A stretch of 64,000 nucleotides of DNA, taken from positions 128,001 through 192,000 of the forward strand of contig JBCCHT010000007.1 of NCBI GenBank assembly GCA_039028615.1, written 5' to 3'. Shown here piece after piece: positions 1 to 9,071 of this stretch; position 1 is the stretch's first letter; each line of letters begins with the position of its first letter. The stretch is from Myxococcota bacterium. GTDB lineage: Bacteria; Myxococcota_A; Polyangia; Nannocystales; Nannocystaceae. The position numbers and the translations under genes were made by a program. The notes under the pieces are model-generated. The model was not told the DNA's origin. It did not search any database and saw only the letters and a list, made by a program, of their open reading frames with translations.

Positions 1-293
1 GCGAAGACCGAGCGCTGCGGCGTCTGGCCGAACTCCTCGATCGACAGCACGTTGCCGTGCTTGATCTTCTGTGCCGCCCCGATGTGATGCAGGAAGCGCT
101 CGGGGGTCGGGGGTTTGGCGGCCAGCGACGACTTCAGGACCTTGATGGCAAAGTGGCGGCCCAAGCCGCTGTGCCGCGCCTCGTAGGTCGTGCACAGCAT
201 GCCCTCGCCGATCCGGCGCATGAGCTGATACTTGCCATCGAAGACCTGCCCCACGAGATCGGGCTCGCCCGTTGCCGTGGGCTGCCCGGTCAT
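1..293 (-). CDS. Ser/Thr protein kinase-like protein, N-terminal part (runs off window); degenerate motifs
   Basis: Manual translation from ATG at 293: MTGQPTATGEPDLVGQVFDGKYQLMRRIGEGMLCTTYEARHSGLGRHFAIKVLK...ERFLHHIGAAQKIKHGNVLSIEEFG, which is a kinase N-lobe; ATGA overlap with the stop of the upstream gene. Confidence 0.85.
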   Translation of the reverse strand, partial: MTGQPTATGEPDLVGQVFDGKYQLMRRIGEGMLCTTYEARHSGLGRHFAIKVLKSSLAAKPPTPERFLHHIGAAQKIKHGNVLSIEEFGQTPQRSVF

Positions 294-1144
294 CGCCAGT
301 CCCCGAAACGACCGCTCACGGTGACGCCGGCCAAGCCCCGACCGGTCCACGGCGCCACGCCGAGGCGGGCGTTGGACTTGCTACGGCGCCAGCTCGACAG
401 TCGCACCGCCCCCGGGATGAGCGTGCCGACGCCCGCCGCCATGACCACGCCACCGGTGATCGTGTACGCCTGCGGCGTGGCGAGGTTGGGCAGCGCGACC
501 CCAGTGACCAAAAGGCCCACGCCGGCCACGAACAGCGAGCCGCCCACCGTGGTGAGCGCAACGCCGACCCGGTCGGTCCCGATGATCGCAGGCGCGGGCG
601 GGCACTTGGCGTTGGTTGTCGTGCCGCCCGGGGTCGCGTCGGGCTCTTCACCCTCGGCCGGGTACTCGGCCTTGACCTCGGCCAGTTTGTCTTCCGCCCA
701 CTTGCGGTCGACCACGCAGCCCTGGTCCACGCCCCGGTCGAGCACCTCGATGTAGTGCACCAAGAAGCTCTCGGCTTCGTCGAGGATCGCGGTGTCTTGA
801 CTCAGCCGATACGCGGCCAAGAACGAAGTCACCGCGCGGTCGGCCGTGAACTTGCCCGTGCCGCCGACCTTGTTGCCGAGATCCATCGAGTCGAACGCGG
901 CCACGAACTCTCGCGCACCCGCGGCATCGTCTCCTGCCTCGACGTACTCGTCCGCCTTCACCAGCAAGGGCCGGTGGGCGTCCGACGACGCGGACGGACA
1001 TGCCAACGTGGCATGGATGGCTGGGGCGGGCACGTCGGCTGACGACCCCGCCACGAGAAATCCGAGCAACCCCGCGATCATCGTCGCTTGCACAAGTGCG
1101 ACTTTAGCGAACGCGTCCCGGCCCGAGCAATACGGCGATGCCAT
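290..1144 (-). CDS. Secreted/membrane hypothetical protein with TPR-like helical region and C-terminal hydrophobic segments (start may be ~1081)
   Basis: Signal-like N-terminus, helical ADEYVEAGDDAAGAREF segment, two hydrophobic segments, and a C-terminal GVAPW..G..GVTVSGRF ending typical of myxobacterial exported proteins. Confidence 0.7.
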   Translation of the reverse strand: MASPYCSGRDAFAKVALVQATMIAGLLGFLVAGSSADVPAPAIHATLACPSASSDAHRPLLVKADEYVEAGDDAAGAREFVAAFDSMDLGNKVGGTGKFTADRAVTSFLAAYRLSQDTAILDEAESFLVHYIEVLDRGVDQGCVVDRKWAEDKLAEVKAEYPAEGEEPDATPGGTTTNAKCPPAPAIIGTDRVGVALTTVGGSLFVAGVGLLVTGVALPNLATPQAYTITGGVVMAAGVGTLIPGAVRLSSWRRSKSNARLGVAPWTGRGLAGVTVSGRFGDWR

Positions 1145-1288
1145 GCCCGGCCCGACCCGGTCTGACCGGCACCCAGCCCCGCACCATCCCCGTCGACCCG
1201 GAGGTCCGCCGGGAGCAGGCCGCGATCGCGGGTGAAGCGCGGTCGGCCCCGATGGCGACTGCGGGCCTTTTCGAGCTGCCCACCGGCC

Positions 1289-2815
1289 CTACTGGGCCGG
1301 CTCGGCCTCGGGGCGGTCGGCTCGTGACCGGCGAATCAGGGCCATCGAGAGGCCCAACACCAGCACCACCCCCTCGAGGGCCAGGATCATCGCGTAGGGA
1401 TCGTAGGGCGTGCGCAGGCGGATCGTGCCGAAGAACACGGAGGCCACGGTCATCGAGGTGACCAGCTGCCACGCACAGAAGGCGAGCCCGGGACGCCGCC
1501 GAATCCACGCCAGCGCGGCGACCAACCCGATGAGCGAGGGCAGCCAAACGAGGAATTGATAGAGGTACTTGTAGACCTCGACCGCGGGGGCAAAGGTCTT
1601 GGCGCCGCGGCTCTGCTCGGGCCACTGCCGCCCGATGAACCACAGTAGGCTGACGTTGACCGCGCTGTAGCGCGCCTGCTCGAGCAGGCCGGTCCTCGCG
1701 TAGCACTCGGCCCGCAGCTCGCGATGGACGTCGGGGTCACCGATATATCCCACCATGCGAATCGTCTCGCTGCGCATGGCCGGACGCAGGGCGAGCGGGT
1801 GCGACGGGGGCACGCTCTTGGCCAGCACCCGGAAGCCCGGCAGGCTGACGCGACGTCCGTTGCGGGTGTTCTTGCGCCGCTCGCTCGCCTTCAGGCGGCG
1901 CTCGCTGCGAAACGCCTGGGTCACGATGTTGTGGCAGCGCCCCGCGGTGAGGTTCATGTTCGCGTTCTCGGCCACGCCCGCCCAGTAGCCGGTGTGCGCG
2001 TGAAAGCGCCACGCCGAGAAGAACAACATCGCCAGCAGCGGCAACGCCACCAGCACCAAGGACCGCACCCGCACGTGCGGCAAGCGGCGACGGTTGAGCG
2101 CCCAGGTCAGCAGCACCAGCAAGAAGAACAGCGCGGACTGGGGGCGTACCGCGAACGCGACGGCGGAGACGATGCCCGCCGCCAGCCCGTGGCGACCGCG
2201 TTGGAGCACCACCACCAGCGCGTAGGTCGACCACAGCTGGAAGCACAAAAAGGGCGCTTCCGACAGGAAATAGCCGCTGTTCGACAGATTGGGATGCCAC
2301 AGCAGCATGGCAATCCCGATCACATAGGGCATCCACTTCCGGCTCGAGACGCGGCAGGAAAGCAGGTACGCCCCCGGCACTGCGGCGGCGGCCATCAGGC
2401 CCCACATGACCGCACCCGCCACGAAGTTCTTGGCGCCGAAGAGCTTCAGCGGCACCGCCAACAAGTAGTGCGTGCCCCAGGCCTGCCAGGCCAGCTTGCG
2501 ATCGGGATGGAAGCCATTCGCGACCAGGTCTTGGGCCCGGTCGACGTACTTCTTCATGTCGCTGAAGATGTAGTCGCTCGGGGGGTGCACCCACAGGACC
2601 CACACCAAGCGGGTCAGCAGCGCGAGCACCACCAGCACCCACAAGAACCGGCGATCGACTGGCCAACCCGTCGTGGCCTCGGGGCGAGCGCTCGACGTCG
2701 GGGTCGCCGACGGAGCCTCGTCCTCGGGCGCTGCGATCGCTGCTTCGCGGTCGCGCTCGGGTTCGCCGTTCGGACTCATCGGCGCGAGGGTAACAGCCAC
2801 GCCGGCCCTCGCCAC
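1289..2815 (-). CDS. GT-C fold (PMT/ArnT-like) polytopic membrane glycosyltransferase (start may be ~2779)
   Basis: Multiple TM helices; SDM..Y in the first loop; LSE.PF, VRP and R.R.PY motifs. Confidence 0.7.
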   Translation of the reverse strand: MARAGVAVTLAPMSPNGEPERDREAAIAAPEDEAPSATPTSSARPEATTGWPVDRRFLWVLVVLALLTRLVWVLWVHPPSDYIFSDMKKYVDRAQDLVANGFHPDRKLAWQAWGTHYLLAVPLKLFGAKNFVAGAVMWGLMAAAAVPGAYLLSCRVSSRKWMPYVIGIAMLLWHPNLSNSGYFLSEAPFLCFQLWSTYALVVVLQRGRHGLAAGIVSAVAFAVRPQSALFFLLVLLTWALNRRRLPHVRVRSLVLVALPLLAMLFFSAWRFHAHTGYWAGVAENANMNLTAGRCHNIVTQAFRSERRLKASERRKNTRNGRRVSLPGFRVLAKSVPPSHPLALRPAMRSETIRMVGYIGDPDVHRELRAECYARTGLLEQARYSAVNVSLLWFIGRQWPEQSRGAKTFAPAVEVYKYLYQFLVWLPSLIGLVAALAWIRRRPGLAFCAWQLVTSMTVASVFFGTIRLRTPYDPYAMILALEGVVLVLGLSMALIRRSRADRPEAEPAQ

Positions 2816-2842
2816 CGCCCGCGAAAGTGTGGTGTAACCGGC

Positions 2843-4264
2843 ATGATGTCCGCCCAGCTTTCCAGCCAGCCCGCCTCGGTGTTTTCACGCCGCCGCGCCG
2901 CCCTTGCGCAGCGCCTGGGGGACGCCCCGGCCCTCGTCTTCGCCGGGGGCATGCGTGCACGCAACTATCCCGACAACGTGTTCCCGTATCGGGCCGACAG
3001 CCACTTCCTGTACCTCGTGGGCGCGGCCATTCCCGACGCCGCCCTGCTCGTGCAAGGAGGCCGCGCCGAGCTCTATGTCCCGGCCAAGCACGAGGACGAT
3101 CCGCTGTGGCACGGGCCGACCCCCGGCCCCGACGACTTCGCCGCGGCCACGGGAGTCGACGCCGTGCGCTCGCTCGACGAGCTGCCGAACGCCATCGCGA
3201 GCGCGGGCAAGGGCAACCCGGTGAGCACCCTGCCCTCCGCCGATCCCATCACCCGCCACCGACAGTGCTCGCTGCTCGACCGCACCTGGCCCGGCGACGG
3301 CTCGCCCGGCGTCGACGGACTCGGCGAGACCGACCTGGCCCTCGCCGACGCGATGATCGGCCTGCGCTCGGTCCACGACGACGCCGCGCTCGACATGATC
3401 CGCCGCGCCACCGAGGCCACCACGGCCGCCCACCTCGCGGGCATGGCCGCGACCCGACCCGGGCTGATGGAGCACGACATCCGGGCCGCCATGGAGCGCG
3501 AGCTGTCCAGCCGCGGCATGGCCCCCGCCTACGGCAGCATCGTCACCGTGCACGGCGAGATCCTGCACAACGACAGCTACCACCATCGGCTCGAGGACAA
3601 CGACCTGCTGCTCGCGGACCTCGGCGGCGAGCTCGAGGGCTGGGCCACCGACGTCACCCGAACCTGGCCGGTGAGCGGCACGTTCTCGCCGACCCAGCGG
3701 GCCCTGTACGACATCGTGCTGCAATCGCAGCTCGACTCCATCGACAAGATCCGCCCCGGTGTTCGCTACCGCGACGCCCACCTGGCCGCTTGCGTCACCC
3801 TGGCCCGCGGCCTGGTCGACGAAGGCCTGCTCGTCGGCGACCCCGAGAGCCTGGTCGAGCGGGGCGCCCACGCCATTTTCTTCCCCCACGGCGTCGGTCA
3901 CCTGCTGGGCCTCGACGTCCACGACATGGAGGATCTCGGCGACCGGGCGGGCTACGCCCCCGGGCGAACTCGCAGCACGCAGTTCGGCCTCGGCTACCTG
4001 CGTCTCGATCGCGATCTCGAGCCGGGCATGGTGGTCACCATCGAGCCCGGGCTGTACCTCGTGCCCGCCATCCTTCAGCGCAAGGCCCTGGTCGACCCGT
4101 TCATCGCCGACGGGACCTTCAAACCGGAAGCTCTCGCCCGCTTCGGGGACGTTCGGGGGATCCGGATCGAGGACGATGTGCTCTGTACGACCACCGATCC
4201 CGAGATCCTCACCAGCGCCATCCCCAAGGACGCTAGCGCGGTGGAATCCACAGTTGTGGGATAA
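2843..4264 (+). CDS. pepP: Xaa-Pro aminopeptidase (M24B)
   Basis: YRADSHFLYL N-domain; DVTRTWP, HGVGHLLGLDVHD, TIEPGLY and GIRIEDD metal-binding motifs. Confidence 0.93.
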   Translation: MMSAQLSSQPASVFSRRRAALAQRLGDAPALVFAGGMRARNYPDNVFPYRADSHFLYLVGAAIPDAALLVQGGRAELYVPAKHEDDPLWHGPTPGPDDFAAATGVDAVRSLDELPNAIASAGKGNPVSTLPSADPITRHRQCSLLDRTWPGDGSPGVDGLGETDLALADAMIGLRSVHDDAALDMIRRATEATTAAHLAGMAATRPGLMEHDIRAAMERELSSRGMAPAYGSIVTVHGEILHNDSYHHRLEDNDLLLADLGGELEGWATDVTRTWPVSGTFSPTQRALYDIVLQSQLDSIDKIRPGVRYRDAHLAACVTLARGLVDEGLLVGDPESLVERGAHAIFFPHGVGHLLGLDVHDMEDLGDRAGYAPGRTRSTQFGLGYLRLDRDLEPGMVVTIEPGLYLVPAILQRKALVDPFIADGTFKPEALARFGDVRGIRIEDDVLCTTTDPEILTSAIPKDASAVESTVVG

Positions 4265-4325
4265 GCGCACCCGGCTGTGTTAGGCTCGGGTTTGGCCCCC
4301 TGGGCCTTTTCGGAGCTGCCTTGCC

Positions 4326-5432
4326 ATGCGAACGCGTCTCTTGCTCGCCTCGATGGGTTCTGCCCTCCTCGTGCTTCCCGGGTGCACCAGCGATCTGCCT
4401 GCGCCCACCAACTTCGAGGTCGCCGAGCCACCGCCTCCGGAAAACGAGCTCGAGCTCGACTGCGCCGAGATTCCTCGCACCGCCAACGGCTCGCTCTTCG
4501 CCTACACCGCGGGCGTGACCGGCCTGCTCGAGGGCATCACCTACGTCTACTCGGCGACGGGCCTGCCCGAGGGTCTGATGCTCGACGCCTCCACCGGTGA
4601 GATCAGCGGCACCGTCGACGGCGATCCCGGCGACTACACCATCGAGCTGACCATCGAGGACGAGGCCGACCCCGACAACTACTCGGCCACCACCGAGTGC
4701 AGCCTCACCGTCAGCCCGCGGCTGTCCGCGCCGCTCGCGATCAACGACACGCCGTGTCTGCGCAACAGCCAGAGCCTGCGTAGCCTGGTCGTCGACGGCA
4801 CCGGTGACGGCACCCAGATCGTCTGCGACTTCCCGGGCGGCAACGGCAACGGCCGGGTCCCCGCCGGCATCGAGGCCGACCGCGAGAACTGCACGCTGAC
4901 CGGCACCATCGACGAGACCCGCTACGGCAACTGGACCTTCATCATGCGCGGCACCCAGTCGGGCGTGTCGGTCTACGTGCCCTTCTGCGTCGAGAACGAC
5001 GTCGCTCAAGGCTACGAGATCCGGTCCTCGCCCCACGATCCGCTCGAGCCCATCGTCGGGACCTTCGACCCGAACTCCGGCTTCAGCCTCGGCGACGACA
5101 TGGACCCGCGCTTCAGCATTCTCGAGCCCACCGTGTGCGGGGCGGCCTGCTTCTATCGCTACTCGTTCCTGCGCACCAACGCGCCGATCGAGACCTATAC
5201 CCTCAGCCCCGACGGTCTCATCATCGACGACATGATGAACACCCAAGGCTTCTTCCACGAGCTTCGCGTCAGCGGCCCCGCCGTCCCCGAGGAGTTCCGG
5301 GACCGCCCCTGGGTGCTCAGCTCGAACGTCTCGTACTGCCTCACCGGTGACGAAGGCGAGTGCGACGACCCCGTCGAAGATGGTGACGCCGCGTACGAGT
5401 TCGGCATCATCATGGCGCCGAGCGACGGCTGA
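4326..5432 (+). CDS. Lipoprotein with putative Ig (He_PIG-like) domain
   Basis: Lipobox LPGC; YSATGLPEGLMLDASTGEISGT Ig motif; paired Cys residues. Confidence 0.8.
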   Translation: MRTRLLLASMGSALLVLPGCTSDLPAPTNFEVAEPPPPENELELDCAEIPRTANGSLFAYTAGVTGLLEGITYVYSATGLPEGLMLDASTGEISGTVDGDPGDYTIELTIEDEADPDNYSATTECSLTVSPRLSAPLAINDTPCLRNSQSLRSLVVDGTGDGTQIVCDFPGGNGNGRVPAGIEADRENCTLTGTIDETRYGNWTFIMRGTQSGVSVYVPFCVENDVAQGYEIRSSPHDPLEPIVGTFDPNSGFSLGDDMDPRFSILEPTVCGAACFYRYSFLRTNAPIETYTLSPDGLIIDDMMNTQGFFHELRVSGPAVPEEFRDRPWVLSSNVSYCLTGDEGECDDPVEDGDAAYEFGIIMAPSDG

Positions 5433-5486
5433 ACGACGGCCGAGCTCGGCTTCCGCCCCTTCGTCCCGCCCCCAGACGTTCATCGC

Positions 5487-6827
5487 GTGGCCACTGCCAA
5501 CCAAGCCCAGACGGTGCGAGAGCAGCGCTTCGCGCGAGCCGTGGATCGCGAGGTCGCGCCGCTGTGGCACGACCGCTTCGCCCGGCTGATCTTCCGGCAC
5601 CTTCCCCGCGGCGCCAATGCCTTCACCCTCGACGTGCACTGCGGCGCGGGTCGGACCACCTACGAGCTGCTCGAGCGCCTCGGTGACCAGGCCCGAGTGC
5701 TCGCGCTCGAGCCCGACGGCGCGCTGCGGCACCTGGCCAAGGCCCGCATGCGGCCCGAGTGGAAGGGCCGCGTGTACCTCAAGGATGGCGCCCTCACCGA
5801 CGTCGTCGGCATGGGCGAGAACACCTACGACCTCGTCACCGCCAACCTGGTGCTGGGCGAGGTGCAGAACTTCCGCGAGTCGCTGCGCGAGATCCTGCGG
5901 GTGACCAAGCCCGGCGGGCACGTGCTCGCCACCGTGCCCCTGGCCGGGACCTGGTCCGAGGTCGAGGACTTGTTTCGCGCCGTGCTGCGCGACGCCAAGC
6001 ACAAGGACGCGGCCCGCCGCCTGCGGCACCTGGCTCGGCTGCGCCCGAGCGGCCAGGACATCGCCCGGACCATCACCGACCTGGGCGTCGGGCCCCACAA
6101 CTTCATCATCGAGCAAGAGCGCACCTCGCTGCTGTTCGCCAGCGGCCGCGAGTTCTTGTTCTCGCCCGTCATCGAGCACGGCCCGCTGCGCGCCTGGAAG
6201 GCCATCCTGGGGGCGCACGACAAGCCCCAGGAGCTGTTCTGGAAGCTCAAGGAGGCCATCGACGCCTACTACTCCACCAGCGTGTTCTCGGTGAGCGCGG
6301 TGCTCGGCCTGCTCTACGTGCGGGTGCCCGAAGAGGGCGCCGCGGGGGCCCACGCCGCGGCCGAGACGGCCGGCGAGTACTGGCGCCGCTACCCCGAGCT
6401 CGACTCCCTGTTCCAGCGCGCCGAGCGAGGCGAAGCAGAAGAAGACATCGACATCGATCTCGATCTCGATGACGACGACGACGACGACGATGAAGACGAA
6501 ACGCCGACGCTCGAGCGGGTCGCGGCGTCGGCCTCGTCCTCGTCCATGGCCATGAGCGCCGAGGACGAAGCCATCTTCGCCCTGCTCGACCAGCCTTCCG
6601 GCAAGCAAGAAGGCAACGCCGAGCTCGACGCGCTGCTCGACCAGGTCCTCGAGTTCGCCAAGCCTCAAGAAGAGATCGAAGAGCTCGACGGCGAAGAGCT
6701 CGAAGAAGTGGTCGCGCCCGAGGACATCCGCCGCCCCGGCGAGACCCTCAAGCGCATCAAGTCGCTGCTTCCGCCGCCGCCCGTCATCCCGCCCCCGCCT
6801 CCGGGCGGGCGCAACAAGGGCGACTGA
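5487..6827 (+). CDS. Class I SAM-dependent methyltransferase with long acidic/Pro-rich C-terminal extension
   Basis: LDVHCGAG motif I, YDLVTAN, LREILRVTKPGG; poly-Asp and poly-Pro tail. Confidence 0.8.
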   Translation: MATANQAQTVREQRFARAVDREVAPLWHDRFARLIFRHLPRGANAFTLDVHCGAGRTTYELLERLGDQARVLALEPDGALRHLAKARMRPEWKGRVYLKDGALTDVVGMGENTYDLVTANLVLGEVQNFRESLREILRVTKPGGHVLATVPLAGTWSEVEDLFRAVLRDAKHKDAARRLRHLARLRPSGQDIARTITDLGVGPHNFIIEQERTSLLFASGREFLFSPVIEHGPLRAWKAILGAHDKPQELFWKLKEAIDAYYSTSVFSVSAVLGLLYVRVPEEGAAGAHAAAETAGEYWRRYPELDSLFQRAERGEAEEDIDIDLDLDDDDDDDDEDETPTLERVAASASSSSMAMSAEDEAIFALLDQPSGKQEGNAELDALLDQVLEFAKPQEEIEELDGEELEEVVAPEDIRRPGETLKRIKSLLPPPPVIPPPPPGGRNKGD

Positions 6828-6833
6828 GCACTC

Positions 6834-8000
6834 ATGCGGCGCAGCGTTTCGTTGTTCGCCCTCGCCGTGGTCGTGGGCTGCGGCGGCGGTGAGACCCCCG
6901 AGCGCCAGGCGCCGCCGAAGCCTCCGCCCCGCGAGGCGGCCAAGGTCCCCGTCGCCCCACCGACCCCCCGCGAGGTCCGCCCCGACGAGCGCAAGGGCCC
7001 GCCCGTCCGCAAGGACGGCACGATGTTCGTCGAGTCCGAGCTCATGGGCACTCGGATCTCGCTCAACGTGTTCGTGGGCGACGAGGCCAAGGCACCCGAG
7101 GCCGCCCTGGCCATTCGCGCCGCCGTCGACGAGATGGACCGCCTCGAGCAGATCCTCAGCGAGTGGCGAGCCGACAGCAACCTGTCCACGCTCAGCGACG
7201 CCGCCGGGGGCCCGGCCGTGGTCATCGTGCCCGAGCTGTTCGAGGTCCTCGAGCGCAGCAAACAAATCGCCGAAGACACCGAGGGCGCCTTCGACCCCAC
7301 CTTCCACGGCGTCGGCCAGCTGTGGAGCTTCAAGCCCGGGGCCACGCCGCCCACCGCCAAGGCCGTGGCCGCCAAGCTCCCGCTGGTCGACTGGACCAAG
7401 CTCAGCCTGAACGCCGAGACCCGGCAGGCCCAGCTCACCGCGGCCGGCATGAAGCTGGGCCTCGGCGCCATCGGCAAGGGCTTCGCCGCCGACAAAGCCT
7501 CCGCCGTGCTGAAGGCCAAGGGCTTTGCCGACCACGTGATCGAGGTCGGCGGCGACACCTACGCGGCCGGGACCAAGGGCGGCAAGCCCTGGATGGTCGG
7601 CATCCAAAAACCCGGCGCACGCGGGGCCCTGGGGGCGATTCCCAGCTCCGACCAGGCGGTCGTGACCTCGGGCGACTACCAGCGTTACTTCGAGCACGAG
7701 GGCAAGCGCTACGCCCACATCCTGGACCCGCGCACGGGCTGGCCCATCCCCGCCGAGCGCAGCCCCAAGAGCGTCACCCTGGTGGCCAAGAACGCGACCG
7801 ATGCCGATGCCTACTGCACCGCCGTCGCGGTCATGGGCGTCGAGGCGGGCATGGCCTTCGTGGAAGAGCGCGACGCCCTCGAGGTCGTGATCATCACCCA
7901 GGACGACGAGATGCGCGTCTCCAGCGGGCTGCAATCGAACCTGGTGCTACCGCCGAATCCTCCGCCGCCGCCCAAGCCAGCTCAGCCCCCCAAGCCGTAG
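6834..8000 (+). CDS. apbE: FAD:protein FMN transferase (ApbE family) lipoprotein
   Basis: Lipobox VVGC; MGT, GAFDPT, LGAIGKGFAAD, TSGDYQRYF and HILDPRTG motifs. Confidence 0.93.
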   Translation: MRRSVSLFALAVVVGCGGGETPERQAPPKPPPREAAKVPVAPPTPREVRPDERKGPPVRKDGTMFVESELMGTRISLNVFVGDEAKAPEAALAIRAAVDEMDRLEQILSEWRADSNLSTLSDAAGGPAVVIVPELFEVLERSKQIAEDTEGAFDPTFHGVGQLWSFKPGATPPTAKAVAAKLPLVDWTKLSLNAETRQAQLTAAGMKLGLGAIGKGFAADKASAVLKAKGFADHVIEVGGDTYAAGTKGGKPWMVGIQKPGARGALGAIPSSDQAVVTSGDYQRYFEHEGKRYAHILDPRTGWPIPAERSPKSVTLVAKNATDADAYCTAVAVMGVEAGMAFVEERDALEVVIITQDDEMRVSSGLQSNLVLPPNPPPPPKPAQPPKP

Positions 8001-8054
8001 GCCCTCGGGCTCATCCCGAGCCGCACAACGGGCCAACTCGCAGGCCGGCGGCCG

Positions 8055-9071
8055 TCAGTAGGAGTTCTCGTCGAGCACGACCTTGCCGCGGAACACCCAG
8101 TAGACGGTCGCGGTGTAGCCCACCACCAAGGGCATGCCGATGGCGGCGAAGAGCGTCATCAACTCGAGCGTGGACTCCGACGACGAGGCCCGATGCAGGT
8201 GCAGGCTGTCCGCAAAATCGACGCTCGAGACCACGAGGTTGGGATAGAGCGCGGACGCAGCCAGGAACACGAGCCCGGCGATGGAGGCACACGAGGACGC
8301 GAAGGCGACCCCCGGTTTGTTGCCCCACAGCGCCCGCGGGATGTTGGCCAGCGCCAGTGCCAACAGCACGGGCATGACCCACACGATGGGCCAGCGCTCG
8401 AAGTTCACCAGCAGGTGCGGCACCCGGGAAAACGCGAGAAAACCGACGAGGAGGTTGAGCCCGACGAAGGCAAAGAACCCGCCCCACGCCAGTGTCCGTA
8501 CCCGCACGGCCAGCTCGCCTTCGACCTTGAGACCCAAGTAGATGGCCCCGTGCATGGCCGCCCCGCTCACCGCGAGCAGGCCCACCGCGACCGAGAAGGG
8601 ATCGAACACGTCGCCCAGGTGCCCGGCGAAGCGCCCCTCGGGGGTCAGCGGCACGCCTCCCACCACGTTGCCCAGCGCCAGGCCGAACACGAAGGTCGCG
8701 GTCGCGCTGGAGATGAAGAACGAGTAGTCCCAGTAGCTGCGCCAGAACTTGGACTGACTCTTCGAGCGGAACTCGATGGAGATGGCCCGGCCGATGAGCG
8801 ACAGCAGCACGAGGATGACCGGCAGATACAGCCCGGACAGCACGGTGGCGTAGGCATCGGGGAAGGCAGCGAACAGCGCCCCGCCGAAGGTCACCAGCCA
8901 GACCTCGTTGCCATCCCACAGCGGACCGATGCTGTTGAGGGCCAGGCGACGCTCGTGGTCGCCACGGATCAGCGGGTGCACGATGCCGACGCCCAGGTCG
9001 AAGCCATCGAGGATGGCGTAGCCCAGCAGCAGGACGCCGAGCATCACGAACCACAGCAGGGCGTAGTCCAT
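8055..9071 (-). CDS. cydB: Cytochrome bd ubiquinol oxidase subunit II
   Basis: LDGFDLGVG and GPLWDGNEVWL motifs; C-terminal YWVFRGKV. Confidence 0.96.
   Translation of the reverse strand: MDYALLWFVMLGVLLLGYAILDGFDLGVGIVHPLIRGDHERRLALNSIGPLWDGNEVWLVTFGGALFAAFPDAYATVLSGLYLPVILVLLSLIGRAISIEFRSKSQSKFWRSYWDYSFFISSATATFVFGLALGNVVGGVPLTPEGRFAGHLGDVFDPFSVAVGLLAVSGAAMHGAIYLGLKVEGELAVRVRTLAWGGFFAFVGLNLLVGFLAFSRVPHLLVNFERWPIVWVMPVLLALALANIPRALWGNKPGVAFASSCASIAGLVFLAASALYPNLVVSSVDFADSLHLHRASSSESTLELMTLFAAIGMPLVVGYTATVYWVFRGKVVLDENSY

Noticed and set aside
1724..2842. N-terminal extension of the pepP ORF
   Set aside because: Overlaps the opposite-strand GT-C gene; peptidase homology begins near 2843
4233..7934. 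1233-aa minus-strand ORF (likewise 29989-33423 +, 13077-15365 -, 22364-24889 +, 33342-35684 +, 59766-61715 -)
   Set aside because: Antisense shadows of well-supported genes; long stop-free reverse frames are expected at this GC content and they show no protein motifs
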